Source of the DNA: a bacterium | Lineage (GTDB): Bacteria > Verrucomicrobiota > Verrucomicrobiia > Chthoniobacterales > UBA6821 | Direction: 5' to 3' | Assembly (NCBI GenBank): GCA_037130175.1 | Contig: JBAXTN010000002.1 | Location: forward strand, 56,455-120,454 | Length of the DNA: 64,000 nt | Part shown: positions 10,825 through 20,481 of the stretch, piece by piece | Layout: the number at the start of each line of letters is the position of its first letter | Numbering within the stretch: position 1 is the stretch's first letter | The notes under the pieces: generated by a model | Database searches by the model: none | What the model saw: the letters and a program-made list of their open reading frames with translations, nothing else | What the model was told of the DNA's origin: nothing | Translations under genes and position numbers: made by a program

Positions 10825-11484
10825 CTATGAACTGACTGCCCTACTCCTGAACCTCTCGATGAGATCACTGATCGGCGAAATCGATCTCCCCACTATCGGA
10901 AGATCAAGGAGTTCTTCAAATACTCCAGCACGACTGCGACGGGCCCATCGGTTGTATTCCCTAATATTATGTCTGTAGAGATCATCCCCCCCCTTGGAAG
11001 CCGATGATTCTGGATGTGTCTGATGTTCGATATATCCAAAGTGGGACTGATAGCACCCCTGTAATGCTGATGCACGTGTCAACCACCAGTCAACATGGGT
11101 CGCACCACACCAGAGATCGGGAGGATCCACCCCAAGAAACTCGTCCCATGCCTTACATGGTATTAGATACATGTCTACCCCACCGCATATTTCACCGGAT
11201 GGTAGCTCTGTCCTGTGAAAACCATGAACAATTTTCCCATCGTCAACTTCGTAAGGATTTCCGGTCAAGGTCACATCCGAATTACACCAGACAAAGCTGT
11301 TGCCTTTGGCATTCTGCCTAGCAAAGCGCAGAATATCCACGAATTTCACCATCTTTGGCCCGGCAGGATAGATATTTGGTTCCAACCCCATCTGGTTAAT
11401 GCTCTTTTTTAATAATTCTTGCGCTCCTGCCAATCTCTGGTTGGGGCACGGATCGATCCATTGAAAAGTAATCTGGGGCTTCAT
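10825..11484 (-). CDS. Hypothetical protein, possible GT-A-like fold
   Basis: FVWCNSDV (DxD-like) and G.DMY...W motifs; operonic spacing. Confidence 0.55.
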   Translation of the reverse strand: MKPQITFQWIDPCPNQRLAGAQELLKKSINQMGLEPNIYPAGPKMVKFVDILRFARQNAKGNSFVWCNSDVTLTGNPYEVDDGKIVHGFHRTELPSGEICGGVDMYLIPCKAWDEFLGVDPPDLWCGATHVDWWLTRASALQGCYQSHFGYIEHQTHPESSASKGGDDLYRHNIREYNRWARRSRAGVFEELLDLPIVGRSISPISDLIERFRSRAVSS

Positions 11485-11492
11485 TGAGTGAT

Positions 11493-12326
11493 TTATTTTT
11501 GAGGAGCGGATTTCAACTGACCCAGCACAGATTCCCAAAAACTCCGGTCATGTTTAGCCCATGCATGGCACCCGAAGGGTAACTTTCCCCCTGTCATTTG
11601 AAGGCAATATTCTAGTTCCACTTCAAAACCAAAGTGCATTGCCTCAATTACAGAAGGTTTTTTATACTCAGAACTAATTGCCATGACATCGATCGCCCAA
11701 AAACGATCTTCATTTTCTACATAGTTGGCTAATTCGTCTTCGATAGTCCAAAAATTAAGATGTTGCTTCATGCGATTAGCTATATTTTCAGCCAGCCATT
11801 TTGTAAACGAAGAGACGATATGATCAGCGGGTGGCATTGGGTAATAAAGCCCCCTTTTAATTCGCTTTTTCAGAATATTTAGGGCTGTCGATACTTTTCT
11901 CAGTGAAAACCCTCCATTACCGACTTTCCAAGTCACATCACCACTAGGGTAACTGTCTTTCCATGGAGATCCGATATAGTCGTATCCTTTACGACACCAC
12001 TCCAAGAGTTCGTCTTTGAAAACCAGGCAATCTAATTGATAAATTAGGATATAAGTATATTTTTTAAACTGTTCATAAAACCGCCTACTCAACATGAGGC
12101 GATTGTAGCCGTGAGGATATGTGAAATAGATATCGGGCAACCTGATTACTTCTTCACCAGCAAAAAATTCAACTGGGATCTCAAGTGATTCCGGGCAAAC
12201 AATAATTCGAGGATAGGCCGCAAGAATATTTCTAATAACTCTGAGCGAAACATACTCATCTGCAGTCAGGGGGATTCTATGAACAGGTATAATAACCGCA
12301 ACCAGAGATTTCAACAACTCACTCAT
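11493..12326 (-). CDS. DUF5672-family protein (putative glycosyltransferase)
   Basis: YILIYQLD, YDYIGSPW, VGNGGFSLR, NED.FW, PFGCHAW motifs. Confidence 0.8.
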   Translation of the reverse strand: MSELLKSLVAVIIPVHRIPLTADEYVSLRVIRNILAAYPRIIVCPESLEIPVEFFAGEEVIRLPDIYFTYPHGYNRLMLSRRFYEQFKKYTYILIYQLDCLVFKDELLEWCRKGYDYIGSPWKDSYPSGDVTWKVGNGGFSLRKVSTALNILKKRIKRGLYYPMPPADHIVSSFTKWLAENIANRMKQHLNFWTIEDELANYVENEDRFWAIDVMAISSEYKKPSVIEAMHFGFEVELEYCLQMTGGKLPFGCHAWAKHDRSFWESVLGQLKSAPQK

Positions 12327-12336
12327 CTTAAAGTTT

Positions 12337-13284
12337 TCAATGACCACGAGATGACAACCTGGATTGCCACATTTTTTTAATTCCTTGCTCAATGTCCACT
12401 TTAGCCTTCCAGCCACTTCTTTGCCATAATCGTGTGCTATCTAGGATATTTGCTTCAACATCAAAGCGTCTTGCAGGACGAGTGATCTGCTTTACATCAA
12501 TCCCTTCATCGACTGCAAGCACCTCCAGCATCTTAATCACATCAGCATTGGATGATCCAATTCCTGTTCCGATATTGTAGATAGCTCCATCTTCACCTTT
12601 TTCTAACGCTGCAACAATTCCAGAGGCGACATCATTTACATGAATGTAATCTCGGATAGTTCCATGCACACCAAATATCTCTATCTCATTTCTTGAGAGA
12701 ATAGCATCAATCGCAGCAGCGATAAATCCCTGCCCCGTTCCCGATCTCTGATCTTCTCCGTAGGCATTTCCAGGACGAACCACAGTGACAGGCAGGGAAT
12801 TATTGCGGTGAAACATCATCGCATAGCGATCAATGGCCAGTTTTGTAATGCCATATGGACTTATTGGACGAGTTGGATGATCTTCCGTAATTGGCAGAGA
12901 ATCCACCGACCCATAAACAGTTCCACCTGAAGAAACAAGAACGAGTCTTCCTACTCCAACTCTTAAACACTCTTCGAGAAGTCCAACACTACAAGGAAGA
13001 TTTGAGACAAGATCAAAGACAGGATTCTCAAAGCTAGTTTTAGGAACAGTTGAATATGCGAGATCAATTACTTCACATCCAGGTTCGAGCACACTTTGCA
13101 AAGTTTTTCTGTCACCATAATCACCAGAAAGATAAATGGACTCTGGAGGCAGCTCACAAATGGGTACAGCAGCCCTTCCAAGAACAATAATTTGACTTCT
13201 TTGCGTAGTAAGCAGCTTGGTAACCCTGCGACCAATAAAACCTCCTCCACCTATAATTACTGTTTTTAAGTCATTAAAAGACAT
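12337..13284 (-). CDS. NAD-dependent sugar-nucleotide epimerase/dehydratase (UDP-glucose 4-epimerase-like)
   Basis: GGGGFIG, SSGGTVYG, YGITK (YxxxK), RDYIHV. Confidence 0.85.
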   Translation of the reverse strand: MSFNDLKTVIIGGGGFIGRRVTKLLTTQRSQIIVLGRAAVPICELPPESIYLSGDYGDRKTLQSVLEPGCEVIDLAYSTVPKTSFENPVFDLVSNLPCSVGLLEECLRVGVGRLVLVSSGGTVYGSVDSLPITEDHPTRPISPYGITKLAIDRYAMMFHRNNSLPVTVVRPGNAYGEDQRSGTGQGFIAAAIDAILSRNEIEIFGVHGTIRDYIHVNDVASGIVAALEKGEDGAIYNIGTGIGSSNADVIKMLEVLAVDEGIDVKQITRPARRFDVEANILDSTRLWQRSGWKAKVDIEQGIKKMWQSRLSSRGH

Positions 13285-13302
13285 ATTATCAATACGCTGT
13301 GT

Positions 13303-15036
13303 CTAATTCTTTTTATATTCCCAAAGAGTTACTTTTAAATCATCTGGTGTCATCCATTCCTTTATAGGCTTAAAGTTAGCGTCACGCGCTGCCTGTATCA
13401 TAAATGGTCTTATAATAGCTGGGGCCATATCACTATGGGGCTTGTCAGTAGTTAACAAATAAGTGTTCTGATTATTCATTTTTTTTAGATCTTCTAACCA
13501 TTTTTTATATCCGTCAACTGATTCTCCAGTGAGCACTGGTTCCACTTGAAATATATTGTTTACACATCTATTTTTCATTAGTTGGTGCATATTAACAGTG
13601 TTCACATTATAAATATAATGTCTAAATCCGAATCCAATTGCTGAATTATTTAAATTAAGTCTTTTAAATATTTCTGCAGTATCTTGATTCAGTTTCCACC
13701 ATTGATAAGCGTTTTTTGGAATGATAGGCTCTGCGTCTATAGGAGAACCGCACTGTCCGCTAGCCTCATATTGTTGTATAGTACCCCTAGGTTCGATAAC
13801 TCTGACACAACCAATTAATGGAGCGTTAACAAAGTAAGCTTTGGAAAATATTCCGTGCAAGTCAAATAGTGGATATGCGCAAAATAAGGCAATGAATGCT
13901 AATAATGAAAATATGATTGCCCTGCATGCCGGATTAGTAGTTATTTTATAAATAATTAAAACACAAAATATTATTAATAATGGAACTAACGGCAGGAAGA
14001 AAGCACTCCCCTTGTTGCGTGTTGTGACAAGGGCGAGCCAAATTTCGATTAAAATAATCGCAATGGGCAGCAACTGTGAAGTTAGGATTTTTTTTGAAAA
14101 AACTTTTATACCTTGCTTATATAGAGAATTGCATAGCCACAAGATCCATGCAATTAATCCAATGATAAAAAAAACAAAGTATGGAAAAAGAACTTCTGCA
14201 CTAAATGCAACTATGGTCGATCGCCATGCATCTATTCCAAATTTTGACTGCTCAGTGCCAAATTCGACTGCCCTTTGACCATAACCGAAGCTGAAGAGAT
14301 ATTCAGCAACAAGTTTGCCGCTCGACCACAACCAAATGCTACTTGTCAATGCTGCGATGAGCATTGCTAGTAGAAACAGAATAAACCTCTTCCCTCTGTT
14401 TTGCTGCTCTACAGCTATGTAGATCAATGTTGCAAAGACAATGCCAGGGATAAAAGCAAGCGTCATGGATCTTGCTAATGGCAACATACCTAATGAAATA
14501 CTATAAACTAGTATCCACCCATGATTTTTGAATCGCTCTGTTTTTAATAGAGAAAAAATGGTAAATGTAAGAACTAATGTTGCGGTTATAGAAAAATGAA
14601 AACTACGACTATAATTGATTATTTCTGGTGAAAGTGCGGTTAGTAGAGCTGACATGGTACCCACCGTATGACCGCCGATCCTATTACCAAGCCAATAGGT
14701 CACGATAATACATCCACTACCAATGATTATTGGGATTGCAAAAGCCGCGACATCTGTCGGGCCGGTTATCATCAGAACAAGAGATTCTAGCGCAGTCGTT
14801 AAGGGTGCCTGTAAGCTTGGACTCAATACAGAGCGAATCCAACCACCCATCCCACCTTGCAGCGATCCGTAATAATTCATCAGAGATATTCCAAAATATC
14901 CTGCTTAATCAATATCAAATGGTAGTCCTCGTCTGTATAGCAGTACCCATCTAACATTTAGCAATGTACTAATGAAAACAATGATATATAATAGATTAAA
15001 CACAATGGATTTAATTATATTCTTTATTTTTTTCAT
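13303..15036 (-). pseudogene. ArnT/PMT-like GT-C glycosyltransferase with an internal nonsense codon
   Basis: The frame extends upstream of the listed 14880 start to ATG 15036: MKKIKN...TM1...GLPFDID*AGYFGISLMNYY, with TAA at 14905-14907 (codon 44). Confidence 0.75.
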
Positions 15037-15249
15037 TTTGTTATTTTTTATGCTATAGACAGAAATTCACTGATTTTTAATTCTTTCATTTCAATAAGAC
15101 CGTCTATACAACACTTAACATCTTTAACTATAAATGTTTTTATATAATTGTTCAGAAATAACGATTTAATACTGACCAGACCCCAGAGATGGGACATATC
15201 AAAAGTGTAGTAATGGCTCTTGGTTGATGTGTTATATGTTGTTGCTGGA

Positions 15250-15730
15250 AGACGGAGTGGAGGCCGAAGGCCGTAACGGAGTCTTCCAGCATGCGGCCGC
15301 CTGGTTCTGGGTTTTATATCCGAGCGAACTGTGCGGGCGATCTTGGTTGTATTCGATGCGGTGCTGTTCTGTCAGCACTTTTGCTTCTAGAAGGCTGCCG
15401 AGATTTCCCGGTTGAGGAACTCATCCCGCAGCTTGTCATGGAAGCTCTCGATAGGCCGTTCTCCCATGGGCTGCCGGGAGTGATGTAGAGGGTTTTTGCT
15501 CCTTTGTCCTTGAGCCAATCCACGATGGCGTAGGCTATGAACTCCGGTCCGTTGTCTGCGGATGTGTTCGGGCACGCCGTAGCGTTCCATGGCCGCCTCG
15601 ACGACGGTGATAACATCAACGGCTCGTATGCTCCAGGCAACATGAACGGCCACGGCAGGCTTGGGCAGCTCTGCGCAAGCCTTCCTCGATGCTTTGTTTC
15701 ACAGCCAATCGCTTGGCCGACGGGCTTACC
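15250..15730 (-). pseudogene. IS3 orfB DDE transposase remnant (deleted and frameshifted); boundaries approximate
   Basis: Fragments YGVPEHIR / DNGPEFIA...YITPGSPWENG / IESFHDKLRDEFLNRE lie in different frames; most of the N-terminal part is missing. Confidence 0.8.
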
Positions 15731-15992
15731 ATTTTTTTGAGTTCACATATTTGAGGATGTCGATCTGTACGGCCATGTCCGCGATAATGCGCTTTAATCG
15801 GCCATTTTCTTCGGCCATCGCTCTCATCTGCCTCACTTCACCCTCTTCCATCCCTCCGTATTTCCTCTTCTAGTCATAAAGGGTTTGCTCGCTGATGTTG
15901 TGCTTCGCACACACAGCTTTGACAGTCGTTCCTCCTGCCGGTTCCCTCAATAGCCCAACGATTTGCTCCTCTCTAAATCTGCTCTTCTTCAT
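15726..15992 (-). pseudogene. IS3 orfA (HTH) with nonsense codon
   Basis: MKKSRFREEQIVGLLRE...ISEQTLYD*KRKYGGME...EENGRLKRIIAD...SKKW; TAG at 15870-15872 where Trp is expected. Confidence 0.85.
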
Positions 15993-16139
15993 TCGTTCCG
16001 ATCCTTTCTATAAGGCCGAAACTACATTTTCAATACGTCCCATTTTAGGGGGGCAGGCCAGATACCCATCATAAACATAAGACTTTTATTTTTAGATAGC
16101 GATCATACTACCCCTTGATGACTGTTACGAAAATTATAG

Positions 16140-18509
16140 TTAAAAATATCTATCAATAATAGACAGCCAAGCAGTGCAATGAAGCACCATACAAAGAATA
16201 CTAAATAATAAAACACAAAGGATTTTATTATGAGTAGAATTATCGAAGAAATATATTCCGGCTCGTCTATATCCTTCATACACAGCCGGCAATAAAAACA
16301 GATATGGACCTACTAGATAGCGGCTATTTAATGTAATATTGTTCTTATTGTAACATATTGATAGACTTATGAGCAAGACAACTATCGATATTATATTTAT
16401 TATAATAAATAAAAACTCCTTGTTGTTATCTTTTCTGAAGACCACAGAAATAATCAAAAAAGTAAAACCGAGCAAACACATATACCTTTGAAAATCTACG
16501 AATAATTGCGGCATCGGTGTATCCAACCATCCAAAGTTTCCCCAAAAAGACAGAGTTACCCAACAATCTGGGGCATTCGAATAGAATCCGCTAAAGAAAG
16601 ATGAAAGAACATGCAATACATACTGACAGGTTGAATTGTCATAGGGTTTTTCAGTGAAATAAAAATATATAAAGACAATAGGTAGCAAAGGAATTAAACT
16701 AATCAACATAAATAGAGTAAACTTCCTACTAGAGTTGTAATATTTACGGATCAAAAAACCAAACAAATAAAATAAAAATGAAATCAATGTTACGATTATT
16801 CCAAAATATATAATTATTAAATTAGAAGATAATAAATCATGAAATAATTTTTTGTTTATTTTATCGAAGGCCGGTGTAATAGTTTCAGATAGTAAGGGAG
16901 AATTTCCCGAAATAGATTCGAGTAATAAAAATAAAATTATTATAGTTCCATTAAAAAAACTATTAAAAAGAAGAAATCTAATTTTATTTAATTTTATTGA
17001 TAATACTTGCTCTAGTCCTAATTTAAACCAGTACAAAGGAAGTAGTATTCCCCAGAAAGTAATTCCGACCAAACCGTTGTCTGATGAATATGCAGATATA
17101 CAAATTCCGAATCCAATTAGAATCCCAATAATTATATCAAACTTCAAATTATTATCTCTCCAATTACAAGCCCACATCATACCAAGTGCAATAGATTGGA
17201 TCACATATCCTCCAATTAAAAATGGGTAGTTTGATACACCCATTGAAAAAAAAGCGATGCATGGTGAAAGCAAAATCGGAGCTGATAATAGCAAACCAAA
17301 TTTTACTTTCATTCCAGAATACAATACTCCAATTATAGGTATTATTATGCAAATACTTATGAATATTATATTTATTAATCGCAGAGAAAATAGCATTACT
17401 GATGAAGACTTTGAAGACAATAGATGAGAAATTGCAATCCAACTAACAGTTCCCATTAAAGATCTTTTCAGCGGAGTTATTCCTATGTGGTGAGCCCAGA
17501 TGCCTGATTCAGTTCGCCCCATATCAGCACTTGATATTTTTTCATCTGTATGAAACTTTATTCTTTCGAAGTTTCCTAGATTAGCTAGCATCAAGGCATC
17601 TTTAGACAAATCATCTCGGTTAGTTAATTTCGAATATGTTAAAAAGTGATTTGGCTCATCTGGTGCATGAAATGGAGGAAAGAGAATGCAGTATACTAAT
17701 CCTACACTAATGAACATCAAAGATATTCCTGTTGCTAAGGAGCAACCATACCCCCCTTCCTTTGAATGTGAGTGTATAATGAGTGCAATTAAGGCTATAG
17801 TCCAAATAAATCCAGATGTTATTAATATAACATAAATAATTCCTTCATCATTTCCCCATCCCCATACATATGAAATAAGCTGTGCTTTTGTACAGAGTTT
17901 TCCATGTACTGTCCCATCAATCCATCCATAGATACTCACAAATCCATTTTTCCCTTCTTTCGATGTCCAATGTGTCCATAGCAAAGTTGATATTGGATAG
18001 TTTTCTGAAAATTCTCCAACTAAAGCTAAATCGGTTATCCCTTGAGTAAGGAGATTCACTGAAATGGTATGAGCAGTTTGGGACGGGATTATATCTTCCG
18101 AAATCTGCTTTGAAAATTCTAACTTCCTATTTTCCCTGATTAGCGCCCTTTTTTTTGTTGAATATCTCGCTAATATTTTTCCGGAAATGCTGTCTGATAC
18201 CACTAATTCACCAGCTACAATTTTTCCAGTTTTCCAATTTGATACAAACAATAACCCAATGGTTTCTGGATATCTACAACCTGGTGTTATATCGCCATTT
18301 AATTGCACTTCTTGGCGAAATAAATATTTATTTATTCGCGATGATTTTAAGCCAATAATGATAGGTTGATTTAGAAATGATTTTTTTTCTAAGGGAATTG
18401 AAAAAAATGCCTCAGGTCTTACTGTCAGGCATGGTTGCTTAAGTTCATAAAATAGAACTAAGAATCCAATAAGTGAAAGAAAGCATGTCGCTACAATAGA
18501 TTTTTTCAC
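16140..18509 (-). CDS. Large membrane protein, DUF2142-like GT-C with an N-terminal extracytoplasmic domain
   Basis: PPFHAPDEPNHF motif, FWGNFGWLD, late RY; many TMs; very AT-rich. Confidence 0.7.
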   Translation of the reverse strand: MKKSIVATCFLSLIGFLVLFYELKQPCLTVRPEAFFSIPLEKKSFLNQPIIIGLKSSRINKYLFRQEVQLNGDITPGCRYPETIGLLFVSNWKTGKIVAGELVVSDSISGKILARYSTKKRALIRENRKLEFSKQISEDIIPSQTAHTISVNLLTQGITDLALVGEFSENYPISTLLWTHWTSKEGKNGFVSIYGWIDGTVHGKLCTKAQLISYVWGWGNDEGIIYVILITSGFIWTIALIALIIHSHSKEGGYGCSLATGISLMFISVGLVYCILFPPFHAPDEPNHFLTYSKLTNRDDLSKDALMLANLGNFERIKFHTDEKISSADMGRTESGIWAHHIGITPLKRSLMGTVSWIAISHLLSSKSSSVMLFSLRLINIIFISICIIIPIIGVLYSGMKVKFGLLLSAPILLSPCIAFFSMGVSNYPFLIGGYVIQSIALGMMWACNWRDNNLKFDIIIGILIGFGICISAYSSDNGLVGITFWGILLPLYWFKLGLEQVLSIKLNKIRFLLFNSFFNGTIIILFLLLESISGNSPLLSETITPAFDKINKKLFHDLLSSNLIIIYFGIIVTLISFLFYLFGFLIRKYYNSSRKFTLFMLISLIPLLPIVFIYFYFTEKPYDNSTCQYVLHVLSSFFSGFYSNAPDCWVTLSFWGNFGWLDTPMPQLFVDFQRYMCLLGFTFLIISVVFRKDNNKEFLFIIINIISIVVLLISLSICYNKNNITLNSRYLVGPYLFLLPAVYEGYRRAGIYFFDNSTHNKILCVLLFSILCMVLHCTAWLSIIDRYF

Positions 18510-18595
18510 TATTTTAAAACGGTATAATCTAAACTATTATCTTGTTTTTAATTATATTAAATTAAGATATGAGTTTATTACTGCTTACCTGATTA

Positions 18596-20458
18596 TCAAG
18601 AAATCTTATATTCAGGAACTATTCTGTTCAGCCACTTTTTAAGTTCATCTTTACTCATAGAGTGAAGTTGAGAAGATATGTGATTCAATTCATGAATAAT
18701 CGAATTATTAAATGAATTTCTTATCAAACATCTAACTTTAGGGTGAGTTGTAAGTATAATGTTTTCTCCCTCATGAATCGGCTCTTCGTAGAGTTTCTCA
18801 CCTGGACGGAGTCCAGTAAATTCGATTTTAATATCTTCGTCTGGTCTAAACCCACTTAGTTCGATCATCTGTCGAGCTATATCATTAATTTTTATCGGAT
18901 CCCCCATATCAAGCACAAAGACCTCACCTCCCTTGGACTGTGTTGCACTTTGAAGTATAAGCCCAACAGCTTCAGGAATACTCATGAAGTAGCGGGTTAC
19001 ATCCGGATGGGTTACTGTAACAGGTCCTCCCCATTCGATCTGTTTGCGGAATGTTGGAATGACACTTCCAGATGACCCAAGAACATTGCCGAACCTGACC
19101 GATGACAAAATTGTATTATTCTTTGGATCATGTTGTACAGCTGCCACAGTGAGTTCCGCAACTCTCTTAGTAGCTCCCATAACATTGGTTGGGTTCACTG
19201 CTTTATCTGTTGAAACAAGAATCATTTTTTTGCTGGCATGTCTTGAAGCGGCTAGAGATATTACCATCGTTCCAATCGAGTTGTTAAGGATTGCCTCATC
19301 CGGCTGTCTTTCCATGAGTGGAACATGCTTGTGAGCCGCCGCATGGAAAACCAGTTCCGGCTTTTCTTTTTCAAAGACGCCTTCTACCCGAGCCTCATTG
19401 CAAATACTTCCAGCAACAGGTTCAATATCAATCCATTTCCAATCACGAACAAGCTCCTGTTCAATGGCAAAAAGAGCCGGCTCACTCCTCTCCAACAAGA
19501 TTATTTTTTTAGGCCCTCTACTTGCAATTTGACGACAAAGTTCGCTTCCTATACTTCCTCCAGCTCCAGTGACTAAGACAACCTTATCACGAATCAGTGA
19601 TTCAATTGCTGTGTCATCAAGTCTGACTGGATCTCGTCCAAGTAAATCTTCGGACTCCACATGACGCAGGTGGCTTACCGTAACATGACGATGTAGAAGC
19701 TGAGTAACCGAAGGAAGAATATCATGCTGAACCCCTGTCTTATTCAGAATCTCAACAGTTTCACGCACGACACCAGGAGATGCTCTTGGCATCGCTATTA
19801 TAGCATGGGTTATTTGTAAACTGTTAACAATCTCCGGTAAGTCAGCACGGTTACCCATGATTTTTCTTCCATGGATTGCACTTCCTTTTTTTTGGGGGTC
19901 ATCATCAACAAAACAGATAACATCCATCCCCAATCCTGATTTTGATTGAATCTCGTGCATAAGAGAGGCTCCCGCTTCCCCTGCCCCTATGATGGCTACT
20001 TTCTTACGGCGCAAATGTGCGATTTCTGAATCGGCTTTGCCTTCACGATAAATTCTCATGAGCGTCCTCAAAGAATAAAGCGTCCCTACGGAGATGAGAA
20101 AGTCAGTCATAATTACACCCCTTGGGACGACATGACTTCCCTTACTTCCATACCAGATGCAAAGCGCAATCAGCGTCGTTGTTCCCATCGCCAGAATCAC
20201 ACGCTTGGCATCAGAAAGACTAAAATATGTGAGCAGACTCCTAAACTGACCAAAGATTAGTAGAGTCGCCAGCTTTATGGGAAGTATCCAGAGGAGTGTT
20301 ACTTTAAATCCTAGCCAATATTCTTTCGGAACCGCAAAATCGAAACGAAGAAGTAAGCTCATCCACAGCGAGAAGATGGCAACTGTCCCATATCCTATCG
20401 CCAGAATAATATTTCTAGTATACATGGGAAAAAGTGACGAAAATAAAAGTTTTTTCAT
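18596..20458 (-). CDS. pglF: Membrane-bound UDP-GlcNAc 4,6-dehydratase (PglF/WbpM/CapD family)
   Basis: 4 N-terminal TMs, GAGEAG, TGAGGSIGSE, HAAAHKHVP, STDKAV.P.NVMGATK, RFGNVLGSSGSV, GLRPGEKLYEE. Confidence 0.92.
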   Translation of the reverse strand: MKKLLFSSLFPMYTRNIILAIGYGTVAIFSLWMSLLLRFDFAVPKEYWLGFKVTLLWILPIKLATLLIFGQFRSLLTYFSLSDAKRVILAMGTTTLIALCIWYGSKGSHVVPRGVIMTDFLISVGTLYSLRTLMRIYREGKADSEIAHLRRKKVAIIGAGEAGASLMHEIQSKSGLGMDVICFVDDDPQKKGSAIHGRKIMGNRADLPEIVNSLQITHAIIAMPRASPGVVRETVEILNKTGVQHDILPSVTQLLHRHVTVSHLRHVESEDLLGRDPVRLDDTAIESLIRDKVVLVTGAGGSIGSELCRQIASRGPKKIILLERSEPALFAIEQELVRDWKWIDIEPVAGSICNEARVEGVFEKEKPELVFHAAAHKHVPLMERQPDEAILNNSIGTMVISLAASRHASKKMILVSTDKAVNPTNVMGATKRVAELTVAAVQHDPKNNTILSSVRFGNVLGSSGSVIPTFRKQIEWGGPVTVTHPDVTRYFMSIPEAVGLILQSATQSKGGEVFVLDMGDPIKINDIARQMIELSGFRPDEDIKIEFTGLRPGEKLYEEPIHEGENIILTTHPKVRCLIRNSFNNSIIHELNHISSQLHSMSKDELKKWLNRIVPEYKIS

Positions 20459-20481
20459 TCAATATTTGCCTCTTGCTGTAC

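Larger units (their letters stand above)
15173..16060 (-). mobile_element. Degenerate IS3-family element (IS407-like), internally deleted, 888 bp
   Basis: Imperfect 39/40-bp terminal IRs starting TG and ending CA; orfA MKKSRFREEQI... with internal TAG; A7 slippery tract 15732-15738; integrase fragments DNGPEF and PGSPWENG..ESF. Confidence 0.9.

Noticed and set aside
6830-15872. In-frame stops as evidence of stop-codon reassignment
   Set aside because: The stops are of all three types (TGA, TAG, TAA), replace different residues, sit in decayed genes, and all three codons end normal genes here
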